Shown: positions 16,509 through 30,066 of the stretch, piece after piece | How the letters are laid out: every line of letters starts with the position of its first letter | Numbering within the stretch: the first letter of the stretch is position 1 | NCBI RefSeq assembly: GCF_009914755.1 | Contig: NC_060928.1 | Origin: the human T2T-CHM13v2.0 reference genome, Homo sapiens | Reading direction: 5' to 3' (one strand) | Length of the DNA stretch: 64,000 nt | Made by a program: the position numbers and the translations under genes | The notes under the pieces: generated by a model | What the model was told of the DNA's origin: nothing | Seen by the model: only the letters and a program-made list of their open reading frames with translations | Database searches by the model: none

Positions 16509-17151
16509 CTATAAAAGAAAAGATGGTGAAAGACTGCAATATTTCATGAAAGTATACAGTGGCACTGCATAGCAATAAAAATATGACTATTGTATAGACA
16601 TTCTACACAAAGACTGTCCAGAAATCTGAGTCAACAGAGAACCTACCAAATGCCCACTTCGTTCTCCCCTGAGCATTTGTATCCCCAGAATAGAGCATCA
16701 AAGTGTTTCATAAAATAAATGATCAGAAAAGCCAAACCTCTTTCACGTATATTTTCCCAGTTTTTATAAAGTAAGCAAAGGCTCTGTTCAGTCTTTAAGA
16801 AAAGACTGGTAGTTTCCAGTGATTATGCTTAAAACAGTCATTTCATTATTGAAATGAAGCTCCAGGGAGCATGACTAACAAGCTGTGAAAGTACTCAGCT
16901 GCACCTCCTGCCTGTGAATTCTACCAAGGTGTGATTACTAGGCCTCCACCAAGCACTTTTTTTCTTTTTTCTTTTCCCATTAAACCAAGCACTTTTAAAT
17001 TAAAACTGACTTCGTGGTGGGTTGGGAAGAAAAATTATGCCATTCACAAATGCTCAACCAGCATATGTAACGTTTATACACCAAAATGACTACTAATGAA
17101 GAAAACAAAACAAACAAAATCATTTTTCCAAATCAGCTCTGAAACATTATT

Positions 17152-17168
17152 TTTGTTTTTGCTGCTGC

Positions 17169-17209
<41 letters not shown>

Positions 17210-17499
17210 TTGAGACAGAGTCTCGCTCTGTCGCCCAGGCTGGTGGAGTGCAGTGGCGCAATCTTGGCTCACTGCAAGCTCTGCCTCCTGGGTTCACGCC
17301 ATTCTCCTGCCTCAGCCTCCCGAGTAGCTGGGACTACAGGCGCCCGCTACCAGGCCTGGCTAATTTTTTTTTGTATTTTTAGTAGAGACAGGGTTTCAAC
17401 CGTGTTAGCCAGGATGGTCTTGATCTCCTGACCTCATGATCCACCTGCCTTGGCCTCCCAAAGTGCTGGGATTACAGGCAAGAGCCACCGCACCCAGCC
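17152..17499 (-). mobile_element. AluY-like with a (TTG)n microsatellite tail
   Basis: Antisense Alu whose tail has become (ctg)/(ttg)n at ~17160-17208. Confidence 0.9.
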
Positions 17500-19113
17500 A
17501 TTATTTTTATTCTTAATATACCACATCCCAAAGTACAAAGCACGAGTTTTAATCATTACTGGCTGAGATCTAGGGAAACCTATTTACACAACCACCATGC
17601 GTATCCATTTCCATATCTCCAGAATTCACTGGCATATCCTGTTGTATTTGCTGGCCCTATCATCAATTTTGCCTAATCTCTAATTTCACATTTCCCAAAA
17701 CCCATCCTCCTTAGACAAAATGTTATTCTCACTGACATGTTTCTAGCTTACTCTTTTCCACCTCTACCTCTATCTACTACACGACTCTCAAAAATACAGC
17801 TTTATTATTATTGTTGTTATGATGAGGTATACAGATTTTGCTATAGCATACCCCTGACAACACTACCCACCAGTCACATTTTATCTTTCCTTTCCCTGTT
17901 GTATTTTTATAGCACTTAACATTATCTGACTGACTTGTTTTATGGTTGACTCCTCCAATTGAGTGGACTATACCTATCTTATTCACTACTACACCCACAG
18001 TGCCTAGAACAGTGCCTGGCTCATAATAAGCATTCAATGACTATTGATTGAATGAATAAATTAATGAATAAGTGAATGCATGCACTTTTAGCCAAAAGCA
18101 AAGAAAAGTGTTGGGAGACATGAGATATTTAGGTTTGAAAGTTCAGTGGCCAAAACAAAACACAGGAACACATATACACACGCACTTTCACACACTCGCA
18201 TGGACACACACAGTAACATAGAGTTCCTTTTGCCTCTGGTTTCCTTCTATTGTCCTGGAGCTGCACACTTAAAAGTAATGAGCTGGAGGCATTACACAAG
18301 AGAAGTGAGGAGTACAAACTCTGGAGTTAGAGCACCTAAATCCAATCCCACCTCCAAAACACACGAGATTTGTGATGATGGACAAGGTACTTAGCCTCGT
18401 TAACAAAATAAGGGTACTAAATGTAAAGCCAGAAGGATTGAGATAAACCATATCAAGCAGGGAACACAGTGCTGGCTAAGTACCACAAGCACTTGATAAA
18501 TTATTGATATTATTCTACTGCCAGTTCCTTATTCTGAAGAGCTGGGAAGCAGCACAAATCCTACTTCACATCCCATAACCTCACTATGATGCATAATATT
18601 CAGCCTCTGAGGTAACACCAGGGTCAAACAACCCTTGCATCTGAAGTAGCCTCCTCAGTTCTTCAGTGGCCTCTGCCCCTATATTGATCACCCCACATCC
18701 TAGAAAACCCAACCCCAAATTAACGAGTTACATATAATTTCAACATGGAATGTGGTCCTGGTTATTTACTTAATAGTTGTACCCCCTTAAAAATTTGGTA
18801 ATTCACTACTTGGATTTTAAGGAAATAACCTACAACTTAATGATGATCATGAATACTACCAAATATGCCATATTACCAACTAATCATGAGAGATCTCGAA
18901 ACACCCCAACAATTTTGATTTGATAGCATCAGTTCTCCTGGCATCTTTCACACCCTGACAACTGTCAAGTGATTTTCAGTTCTAAGAGAACAGCTATTCA
19001 AACACCACCATTTTTACCCCTGCTTTATTTCTCTAACACCTGTTTCATAGAGTGGTTAAAGAGCATAAGCTTTGTGGTCAGAAGCTAATTCCAAAACTAG
19101 CTCTGGCACTTAC

Positions 19114-19157
19114 CAGATCTTAGACAAGTCTATAAAAATGCCTTGAGCCTCAGTGTC
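19114..19157 (-). other. Candidate MIR-derived 44-nt cassette exon in PPA2 intron 2
   Basis: Minus strand reads TTTTTCTTTCCAAG|GACACT...AGATCTG|GTAAGT, inside a plus-strand MIR (~19045-19260). Confidence 0.6.
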
Positions 19158-19546
19158 CTTGGAAAGAAAAATAGCAACTCATAACAATTAAATAACATCA
19201 TGTTCACATAGTGGCTAGCAAATAAAAAATAATCCACAAACGTTAGCTGATTATTGTAAATAAACCTCTTGGTAATTTCCTAAATTACTACCCTTAAATC
19301 TTTATTTCCTACCGAATTCTAAGTTTTATGTACCAGTAACACCCCTTTCTCCCAATTCCTCATGGAAGAATCCTATTCTCATACAACTTTTAATTCATAT
19401 AGGAGGCTTATGACCCTGTTATAGTAACTCCTGTTTGTCCTCCTGACTTCCAACAACACTTTTTCCTTTCAAGGTGCTTCCAAAAAGCATCTAATGGTGA
19501 TACTGGCAGTACACGTTTTCATTCCCAAAACAAGTCAAAACAATAC

Positions 19547-19611
19547 CTCTTTAGAGTTCACCTTCAGAGGAATATCATGAAAGGGGGAAATGTAGTGACC
19601 AGTTACATTCT
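19547..19611 (-). CDS. PPA2: PPA2 exon 2 ([22 protein letters not shown])
   Basis: TTTGCAG acceptor, GAG|GTATTG donor, 65 nt. Phase fits exon 1 (157+65=222). Contains the family I PPase SPFHDIP motif. Confidence 0.97.
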
Positions 19612-20454
19612 CTGCAAAGACACAAACAAACAAAACAAAACAGAATTAAAGCAATAGACACATTGTTCTATACAGCAATAATAAACATCCTTATCCACTT
19701 TTAAACTTACGCATTTTTTACAAAGCTAACTTTAACTCCCAACTTAAAGTTAATTCAACTTTTAAAACTTGCCACCATCTAAGGACCGAAAAGAAATATA
19801 TACCGGCTAAACCATATTTGGGTTGCTGAAATAATTTACTTATCCCTGTGGCTTAAAATATCCAAAGCAGAAAATATCTACAATAGACTAAAACCCAAAA
19901 TACATATTAAAAAAAAAAACATCACTTTTGAAAAAGAAACTCATTACTAAGTGAATTCTATTAAAACTGATGTCAATTTCCCTTGGGGAAACTTAACAAT
20001 AGTATTCCCAATTTCTACCTACTATCCATGGGAAGAAAAGTCCAAAGTTCCTATTCAATTAAAAGAAAAGAAATATTGTTTCCATTCAATGTGGTAAGGA
20101 TGCTAATACTAAGGTAAGCTTAGAACAAAAACAAACTTCAATAACAGAAACTATCTTACCTTAAAAGTTGTATACCAAAATGTGTATTTTAAATACTTTC
20201 AATATTTAAATAAACACAATGCCTTGTAAATAAATACAATGCACTTTTACTGGAATACATCTGTTTCCAAAAGCTAAGCTTAATAGAGCCCTACAAAATT
20301 TTCACTTTGTAATTTCCTAAATCAGGCTGTTTTACTTCTGACCTGCTACCTGTTTGGCATAATTTTCAAATTTAGATTTCAAGAATATTTAACAAAATAA
20401 AACAAAGACTGGCTAAATCCCAATAGCAATGAGCACACCAGCAACCACATCTTG

Positions 20455-20730
20455 GTTTCTTTCTTCTTTTTTTTTGAGACAGGGTCTGGAATGCAGTGGC
20501 ATGATCATGGCTCACTGCAGCCTCAATCTCCTGGTCTCAAGCCTCAAGCCTCCAGAGTAGCTGGGACTACAGGCATGCACCACCACACCCAGCTAAGTTT
20601 AAAGTTTTTTGTACAGACAGGGTCTTGCTATGTTGCCCAGGCTTGTCTCGAACTCCTGAGCTCAAACAATCCACCTACTTTGGGCCTCCCGAAGTATAGG
20701 GATTACAGGTGTGAGCCACTGCACCTGGCC
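20455..20730 (-). mobile_element. AluJ-like
   Basis: Diverged antisense Alu with TSD-like ca(c/g)at(c/t)ttggtttc. Confidence 0.8.
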
Positions 20731-21408
20731 CAGATTTTGGTTTCAAAATGCCATTCTCCAATAAAAGGAACTAGGCCTCCTTGGAGAAAGGCTTGATTCT
20801 AATGCTGGAGCAAAGAATACCCAAGATGAGCCTGGAGCATCTTGTAGGGTCAGAAGGCAACCAAGTGCTCAAACATCAGAAGACTGGAGGTATGGTAAAG
20901 GGAAATGTGAACCAATCTGAAAGAGTCCCCAAAGGCCAAAGCTGGAACAATTTGAGCAACAAAATATAAAACAAATATACATGAATCCACACTAATACAA
21001 ACAAATGATAAAATAAATGAGAGAGAAGAAACAAATCCAAGATTGAGAAACCGTAACAGATTGTTAGACAGTAAGGAAATATGATGACTAAATGCAGTCT
21101 GGTATGCTGAACTAGATCCTGGAACAGAAAAATGACATTAGTGGAAAAACTAGTGAAATCCAAATAAAATCTGGAGTTTAGTTAAGGGCATGTGCCAATG
21201 TTAGTTTCTTAGTTTTGAAAAATGTACAATGGCAATGGTAAATGATGTTAAGATGATAAAATTAGGGAAAAACTGGGGTGCGGAGTATGCTGGAATCCTG
21301 TACTAACTTTGCAGCTTAACCCAATCTAAAATTATTCCAAAATGAAGTTTATTAAACAACAACAACAACAAATAAGCCCTGGATTCTGCCCAACAAAAAC
21401 AGAGGCAT

Positions 21409-21684
21409 GGCCGGGCACGATGGCTCACGCTAATTCCAGCATTTTGGGAGGCTGAGGCGGGAGGATCACCTGAGGTCAGGAGTTTGAGACCAACCTGACC
21501 AACATGGCAAAACCCCATCTGTACTAAAAATACAAAAATTAGCTGGGCGTGGTGGTGCATGCCTGTAATCTCAGCTACTCAGGAAGCTGAGGCAGGAGAA
21601 TAGCTTCAACCCAGGAGGCGGAGGTTGCGGTGAGCCGAAATCGCACCACTGCACTCCAGCCTGGCGACACAAGACTCCACCTCC

Positions 21685-21711
<27 letters not shown>
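21409..21711 (+). mobile_element. AluS-like
   Basis: Sense Alu with A tail and TSD aggcat. Confidence 0.9.
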
Positions 21712-21716
<5 letters not shown>

Positions 21717-22978
21717 GTAACTTAACAATGAAATTGTTAATTCCCACCAATATTTTATTTCCCCCTACCATGCTTTGTGCTTTACCTTAGCACTTATCAC
21801 TAGAATTAAGTTCTGGAGTTTTTGTAGTTGTTCATTTTTGTTTGTTCTGTTATGCTTTCTACTGGATCTCTAGCATCTGGGAAAGTACCTAGCACTTAAT
21901 AGGCATCCAATATATACTTGCTGAGCAAATATCTGTTAGATAAATGTCTCTATTACTATTTTATTTTTCCCTTTAAACTGTTAACATAATTTTTATTTCC
22001 CCACCCTAGCAACAAGGTAATTCCTGAAGGATGTGTGCACAACGTAAGGATAAAAATGAGAAAGAGCACACAAATGGCAAGTACATAAAACTTTGGCTAT
22101 GGTCTATAAAGCTCTTTTCATCAGTAAAGGGATGCACTTAAAAAAAACTTCTCTTTCATATATTACATCAGATTTCAAATTCTCTGCCCGATTTTCAAAG
22201 TTATCTATGAGTAACACAAGAACACAAAAAACAAAATTACCAATTTTTTACATGATTATTTACTTTTCTAAATGTAATAGATACTAAAGTGGGCCACATT
22301 TACATGTTTTCAATTAAAATAAAATATGGTGATGGGAACTGAAAATGGTGCACTTGCTCTGGAAAACAGTTTGGCTGTTTCTTGTAAAGTTAAACATACA
22401 ATTAGCATGTGACCCAGAAATCCCACTAAGTATTTAACTGAGAAATAAAAACATGTTCACCCAAAAATCTCTATATGTTTACAGCAGCTTTATTCGGAAT
22501 CACCAAAAACTGTAAACAATGCAAATGTACAACTGGTAAATGGAGAAAAACTATGTTATACTCATATAGTGGTCTTTTAATCAATGTTTATTAATTATTC
22601 CACAATAAAAAGGAATGCACTATTGATACACACAATAAAATGGATGCATCTAAATACACTGTATCAAGCGAAAGAAGCTCAACTCAGTTCCATTTACATA
22701 ACATACTGGAAAAGGCAAAACTATAGGATAAAGTGCAGTCACTGGTTGGTTGCCAGGGGCTGATGGTAAGAGAGTAGGGTTGACCCTAAAGGGGGCCACA
22801 AAAAATTTTTTGGGGAGGGACAGACCTGTTCTGTACTTTGTGATGCTGTTTACACAAATCTACTTTCTGTCAAAACTCAGAAGTGTCCACAAAAAAAGTA
22901 AATTTTACTGTAGGTAATTTTAAAAATAAGTAAATATGGAGCTGAAAGACAACTAGGAGGAGGTTAAGAAGACATACA

Positions 22979-23346
22979 CAGTAAGCCCTCTGCATCTGCA
23001 GATTCAAACAATCGCAGATCGAAAATATTCTGCAAATCTTTAAAAAATAAAAATGCAACAATAAACATAATACAAATAAAACAATACAGTATAACAACTA
23101 TTTACATGGCATTACAAGGCATCAGATATTGTAAGTAATTCAAAGAGGATTAAAAGTAGACAAGAGGGTTCCTTTCTCTTGGTTTCTTTCCACCCTCCCC
23201 CACCCATAAGGGAAAAAAAAATAGGAGGAGTGCATAGGTCATATGTAAATACTACGCCATTTTACATCAGGGACTGGAACATCTGCAAATTTTGGTATCC
23301 AAGGGGTTCTGGAACCAATCCCCTGCAAATACAGAGGGACAACTGT
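22979..23346 (-). mobile_element. MER2-like TcMar-Tigger DNA transposon
   Basis: Ends ...ttttggtatccaaggggttctggaaccaatcccctgcaaatacagagggacaactg|ta. Confidence 0.7.
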
Positions 23347-24034
23347 AATGTATAAATGGAAGCTCTTATTCCAAGAACAATCATCAATCTGTGATTGTCC
23401 TCTCTTCAAGTCACTAAAGTAAAAAAGGTAGAATTCTGAAAAGAAAAAAAATACAATCCTTTAACAGATTACTTCAACGTTCATTTGGGACCTATCATTG
23501 TGATAGAAATGAACAATAATTTCAGCTCTAAGAATCCAGGAAGTTACACAAACAAGGGAAGTTTGTTATCATGGGGGTAAAAGAAACTTGACAGAAAAGC
23601 CAGGCTGCCTTTGTAATTAAGAGTAAATAAATCTAGGACACTGATTTGGTGTTAAATTTCCCCAAAGATCCAATGCTCTTGTTAACTGTGGACAAGCCCA
23701 ATACTTATTAAGATGTAAGATCACATATATATATAGTTTTCTAATTGTCATTTGGAAGGTAAAAAGATTACAAATGAGTGAATGGTCTGTATTTACTAAC
23801 TTACATAACCATACCTACTAGAAGCTATTTCATGAAATAGTATTAATAAATAAAAATGTAATAGTGAAGAAAAAGAGTAAAAATATAACTACTTCTAGAA
23901 AACAAATATGGCCTTAGATCTCAGATAATAATAATGCTTTAATGGGCAATATATCTATAAATTTGCACAGGAGCAACGACTAGAAAGGCCAAAAACCTGA
24001 CTTCTAGTTACTCAGCTTCATAAAAATGGCAACT

Positions 24035-24570
24035 GAAGAATGATGAGGTTCATAAATTTGGAAAGCAGAGCTTTATTTCTCATAAAGGGCTGCAACCTGC
24101 AAGCATGCTCAGTTGAGCTTCATGCTTCTCCACGGGACCCATGTTCAAAAAACGGTGGTGTTAGCATGATCTGAGGGTGGAGTTTTCAGCTCTCTGATGT
24201 CGAAAGGTGAAGTGGAAAACATGAAAACCCTCACTGCACATTCTCCATAGATTCGCCAGAACCACTCTTATCAGGAGGGAACGCTGGTCAGTTGTTTTGT
24301 GGAAACCACAAAAGGGAGGGGCAGCAGTCAGACTTTCGGTTGGTATCAGCATCTGTGGAGTCTTTCGAAAGGGCTGGTTTCTATTTAGCCCTTAGGGAAG
24401 AAAACTTAATGGCAGTTAGTGAGGGAAAGGGTATAAGCAGGCATAGTTGACCTCCCCATTCCAGTCGTGGCCAAGAACTCAGTTTTCAAGGTTTCTCTAG
24501 GGTTCCCTTGGCCAAAAGGAGACCCATTCAGTCAACTGAGGGGCTCAGAATTTTAGTTTATTTCTCAACA
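24035..24570 (-). mobile_element. Solo ERV1 LTR (MER39/LTR29-like)
   Basis: TG...CA ends. Reverse complement has ...ctgagcccctcagttgactgaatggg...ttggccaaggg...gaaaccttgaaaactgag. Subfamily uncertain. Confidence 0.6.
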
Positions 24571-25533
24571 GTCACTCAATTTCTCTGAAGCTTAATTTTC
24601 TCAATAGTTTCTTGCATTAAGCAATATGTATTTACAGAGTGTTTCACATGAAAAGGAATTGTACTAGATTTTGGAATAGACAAGTGCTACACAGTGATCC
24701 ACGCCCATAGCTAAGACAAGACACGTTACATCACTGTCATCATCATCATCACCTAGTAAGTTTAAACACAAAGGCATCCTCTCAGCACTGTTAGAAAACT
24801 GAACATTTCCCTAAAGTGCAAAAGGATAAGAACTCATTAAAAGTTTTCCAGGGCCAATCATGTTGATATGCTATTATGTTCCATTTAAAGGGTATTAAAA
24901 TTCTCTAAAGGTGGATTTAAAGATATGTAGTATCTATCCTGATCCTCTATAAAATGAATGAGATAATCTATATGGTACATATGCGCTACAGACAGAGGGA
25001 TATGGTATATGGAACAAGCGCTGTGGCAACACATGCCGTTATTTTTAAAGACAGTAGAACTTATCTAGCACTAGGTTAAAAAAAAAAAAGTGGTAGAACT
25101 GAAGCACACATCAGACAGCCCTTCCTCAGAACCACAGAATATATTAGTGATACATCTTAGGTTAGAACTTTCTTATCCGAAGCTCAGGCTGCTTGTTTCT
25201 TAACAGTTGAAAACAAGCTATTGCCAATTTGCTTTTTAAAACATCTATTTTGCTGTTGTTAAGCCAAAGCAATGCAGGTCCATGACTGAAAAAATAATAG
25301 TTTCTACCTCTCCCCAGTCTAGTTCCACTCCTGAGAGCAACCCATTTTCAACTCTTTGTATTAGGCCTAGTGGTTACCTTCATCTTTCTAAATAGCATAT
25401 TTAGTAGTTTTTGTTTATCAATTGTAGAAATTACCTACTGATTCCAATTCTGAGAGATAGTTTAGTTCAATCTATTCTACATAAGTTCTTAATTGGCTAA
25501 TGTTAATACACCTTTTTATTCCACCAAATATAT

Positions 25534-27752
25534 TGATATGGTTTGGCTGTGTCCCCACCCAAATCTCATCTTGAATTCCCACGTGTTGTGGGTGGGACTC
25601 AGTGGGAGGTAACTGAATCATAGGGGTAAGTCTTTCCTGTGCTGTTCTCATGATAGTAAGTCTCACAAGATCTGATGATTACAGAAGGGGTAGTGTTCCT
25701 GCACAAGCTCTCGTCTGCCACCATATGAGACGTGCCTTTCACCTTCTGCCATGATAGTGAGGCCTCCCTACCCATGTAAAACTGTAAATCCAATAAACCT
25801 GTTTCATTTGTAAATTCCACAGTCTTGGGTATGCCTTTATCAGCAGCATGAAAATAAACTAATACAGTAAATTGGTACCAGTAGAGTGCGGTGCTGCTGA
25901 AAAGATAACTGAAAAAGTGGAAGCAACTTTGGAACTGGATAACAGGCAGAGTTTGGAACAGTCTGGAGGGCTCTGAAGAAGACAGGAAAACGTGGGAAAG
26001 TCTGGAACTCCCGAGAGACTTGTTAAGTGGCTTTGACCCAAATGTTGATAATGATATGGACAATGAAATCCAGGCTGATGTGGTCTCAGATGGAGATGAG
26101 GAAATTGTTGGGAACTGGAGCAAAGGTGATTCTTGACAGTTTTAGCAAAGAGACTGGCAGCATTATGCCCCTGCCCTAGAGATCTGTGGAACTTTGAACT
26201 TGAGAGAGATGATTTAGGGTATCTAGTGGAGGAAGAAATTTCTAAGAAGCAAAGCATTCAATAGGTGACTTGGGTGCTGTTAAAAGCATTCAGAGCATAA
26301 AAGTTTGGAAAATTTGTGGCCTGACAATGTGAGAGAAAAGAAAATCCCATTTTTTGAGAAGAAATTCAAGCCAGCTGCAGAAATTTGCATAAGTAACAAG
26401 AAGCCAAATGTTCGTCCCCAAGACAGTGATGAAAATGTCTCTAGCGCATGTCAGAGGCCTTCACGGCAGCCCTTCCCATCACAGGCCCTGAGGCCTAGTA
26501 GGAAAAGGTGGTTTCGCTGGGCTCAGGGTCCCTCTGCTGTGTGCAGCCTAGGGAGTTGGTGCCTTGCGTCCCAGGTGGTCCAGCCATGGCTAAAAGGGGC
26601 CAAGGTACAGCTTGGGTTTTTGCTTCAGCGGGTGGAAGCCCCAAGACTTGGCAGCTTCCAAGTGGTGTTGAGCCTGCGGGTGCACAGAAGTCAAGAATTG
26701 AGGTTTGGGACCTCTGCCTAGATTTCAGGTGTATGAAAACACCTGGATGCCCAGGCAAAAGTTTGCTGCAGTGGCAGGGCCCTCATGGAGAACCTCTGCT
26801 AGAGCACTGTGGAAGGGAAATATGAGGTCGGGGCCCCCATACAGAGTCCCTATTGGGGCACTGCCTAGTGGAGCTGTGAGAAGAGGGCCACTGTCCTCCA
26901 GACCCCAAAATGGTAGATCCACCAATAGCTTCCACCATGCACCCAGAAAAGCCACAGACATTCAATCCAGCCCATGAAAGCAGCAAGGAGGGGGACTATA
27001 CCCTGCAAAGCCACAGGGGCAGAGCTGCCCAAGACCACAGGAACCCACCTCTTGCATCGGCGTGACCTGGGTGTGAGACACATGGAATCAAAGGAGATCA
27101 TTTGGAGCTTTAATATTTGACTGCTCTGCTGGATTCTGGACTTGTATGGGGCCTGTAGCCCCTTTGTTTTGGCCAATTTCTCCCATTTGGAATGTTTTAT
27201 TTACCCAATACCTGTGCCCCCATTGTATCTAAGAAGTAACTAACTTGCTTTTGATTTTACAGGCTCATAGGTAGAAGGGACTTGCCTTGTCTCAGATGAG
27301 ACTGTGGACTGCGGACTTCTGAGTTAATGTTGAAATGAGTTAAGACTTTGGGGGACTGTTGGGAAGGCATGTTGGTTTTGAAATGTGAGGACATGAGATT
27401 TGAGAGGGGCCAGGGGCAGAATGATATGGTTTGGCTGTGTCCCCACCCAAATCTCATCTTGAATTCCCACATGTTGTGGGAGGAATCCTGGTGGGAGATA
27501 ATTGAATCATGGGGGCAAGTCTTGTTCTTGTGACAGTGAGTAAATCTCATGAGATCTGATGATTATATACGGGGGAGTTTCCCTGCACTAGCTCTCTTGT
27601 CTGCCACCATATGATACATGCCCTTCACCTTCGGCCATGATTGTGAGGCCTCCCCAGCCATGTGGAACTGTAAGTCCAATAAACCTCTTTCTTTTGTAAA
27701 TCACCCAGTCTCAGGTATGTCTTTATCAGCTGCATGAAAACAAACTAATACA
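25534..27752 (+). mobile_element. Full-length THE1 (ERVL-MaLR): LTR-internal-LTR
   Basis: LTRs at 25534-25866 and 27422-27752 (tgatatggtttggctgtgtcc...ctaataca). Internal region starts gtaaattggtacc. Purine tract before the 3' LTR. TSD tatat/aatat (4/5 match). Confidence 0.93.
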
Positions 27753-29354
27753 AATATACAGTATTTCTTAACATCAATAACCTGACTTTTACCTCCCTTT
27801 CCTCATTCTTCTAATTTTTGTCTTCTGCATATTTATTTTTTCATATCAAGGCTGATAGAATGTTCTGTAATCATACTGAATTTTCTATGCATTTCCTATT
27901 ATATATATCAAAAATTTCTCTTAGATAAGAAAAACCTGGAATGCTCATTAAAATGCAGATCCCTGAACCACCATCCCACATCTAGTGAATCAAAATCTCA
28001 AGGAGGGAGAAATGAATATCTGTATTTTTAGCAAACATCCCAAATAATTCTTACACTCAGGTGTGTGAGAAGCGTTGTCTATGTGTTTATTTTTGGTGAG
28101 GATGCTGCTATAATTAAATTTCCTTTTTTGGTTCAGCTTCTATTTTTCTTCGTGTTTCTAATTATCTTTCTTACATTGTCATAATCACGTCTATAAGTTA
28201 TTCCAATGCCTCACGGATATCATCAAAATTATGGAATCCTCTCTTTACCCAAACAGCTCCTTCAGGAACCCTCTATCCTCAGGCTGCAATATGAACTGGA
28301 TGCTTTCCGGGCATCCTAAGACTGCTTCTTTGCTCTCCAGTGTAGATCTATCATTTTCTGGATCCCATGCATTCACGTTTTTTTGGTTTACTTGTCTTGC
28401 AGAAGCATATCCCTAATAAGTGTTCTGTAAGAAGGATTGCATGTGAGGCCAATTTCTCAAGTTGTTAAATGTCTAAAATGTCTTTACTCTGTTCTCACTC
28501 CAGATTGACAGCTGGCTGGGTAGAAAATTCTAGGAGGAAAACTCTTTTCTCTCAGAATTTCAAAGGCATTACTCCAGTCTTCGAGCATTCAGTGTTGCAG
28601 GCCTGTTAGCTGACCACCCCCCAGCAAGACATGTGGGATCCTCTCAATAGCTGTATAATAATGTGACTGGGGGGGTCAGAAAACTTGGGTCCTTCAATTC
28701 TTAGATTTTTTTCTATTATCCCTTTTACAATTTCTTCTCCATTTTGTCTGTTCTTTCCTTCTGAAACCCATATGAGTCAAATGTTGGACTTTCTGGATTC
28801 AATCTCTACGTCACTTCTTCTTGCCTCCTTTTTCTATCTCTGACATTTTGTTCTACTTTCTGATAGATTTACCTTATCTTCTAATTCATCTATATTCTTT
28901 TTCTTAGGACTGCTGCAAGAAACTACCACAAACTTCGTGTCTCAGAACACCATTCAACCCACTACACCTTCTACTGACTTACTTGTTTTAACAAGTTATT
29001 TGCTAAAGAGGTCTTGGTCTTGATTGCCATTTCTTCACAGCCCACTCTTCCTTTTTTTTATAGCAGATGTAATAGAGAACACCCACTTGACCTTCTAAAA
29101 TTCAAGTTTCTTGTTTTTCCCATTTAATTTTTAAGTTTTCCTTAAATTCATTCAGTAAATATTTCTTGAATATATGCACTGTACTAAGCATGGTTCTAGA
29201 TACTAGATACAAATTCCAATTCCCTGTTCCTATGGAAATCACATTCTAGTTGGGGTGCAGAAGCAATGATTATGTGTTTATTCTATCACATATCATAAGC
29301 ACTATAAAGATAAAGGAAAACAAATTAGGGAAAGTGAAGAATGAATAATGGAAG

Positions 29355-30066
29355 CGTTACCAATGGCAAATCCCTATGGCTCTGCAACAATCTCAATTCT
29401 TGCCTCCTCAGAAGAAAGAATTCAACTGAGGGGCAGAAGGCAGAAGGAGAGGCTGAGGCAATTTTAGAGATGGAATCAGTTTATTATAATAAAAGGCTTT
29501 AGAGCAGGAACAAAGGGAAGGAAGGTACACTTGGAAGAGGGCAAAGTGGGCAACTTGAAAAGACAAATGCACGGTTTGACCTTTCAACTTGGGGTTTTAT
29601 ATGTTGGCATACTTCCAGGATCTTGTGTCCCATCTCCCCTGATTCTTCCCTTGGGGCAGGCTGTCTGCACACACAGTAGCCTCCCAGCACTTGGGAAAGG
29701 GACCATGTGCAACGTGTTTACTGGAGTTGTACGCGTGTTCACTTGAGGTGTTCTTCCCTTACCAGTCGAATGTCCCTAGGAGGTCACATACCAAACTCTG
29801 CCATTTTGCCTCTTAGTGCAAACGCTTGAGCCCACTCACCCAGTTCCTGAGATCTCATGGGAAGCTGCTGATCACCAGCTTCAGGTGCTTCTGTTTATTT
29901 GGAGACTGCCTTTCCCTGGTGCAGGCTGCAACCAATTAATATTTTAGAGAAACAGTTAACAACTGCCTGACCATCACCTGATGTTTGCCTGTCATTCCTG
30001 GTGTGTGTTGAGGGAGGGGAGCCCTCTTCTGCCCTGCTCATGCCTGACTAGCTACCTACTGTAACA
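29355..30066 (-). mobile_element. Solo ERV1 LTR (MER50-like) inserted in an L2
   Basis: Reverse complement begins tgttacagtaggtagctagtcaggcatgagc. 4-bp TSD GAAG at 29351 and 30067. Confidence 0.8.

Noticed and set aside
17096-17431. Poly-Leu signal-peptide-like ORF
   Set aside because: Translation of the (TTG)n Alu tail plus antisense Alu.
25599-27550. Multiple ORFs in THE1
   Set aside because: Decayed MaLR internal sequence and its antisense frames.
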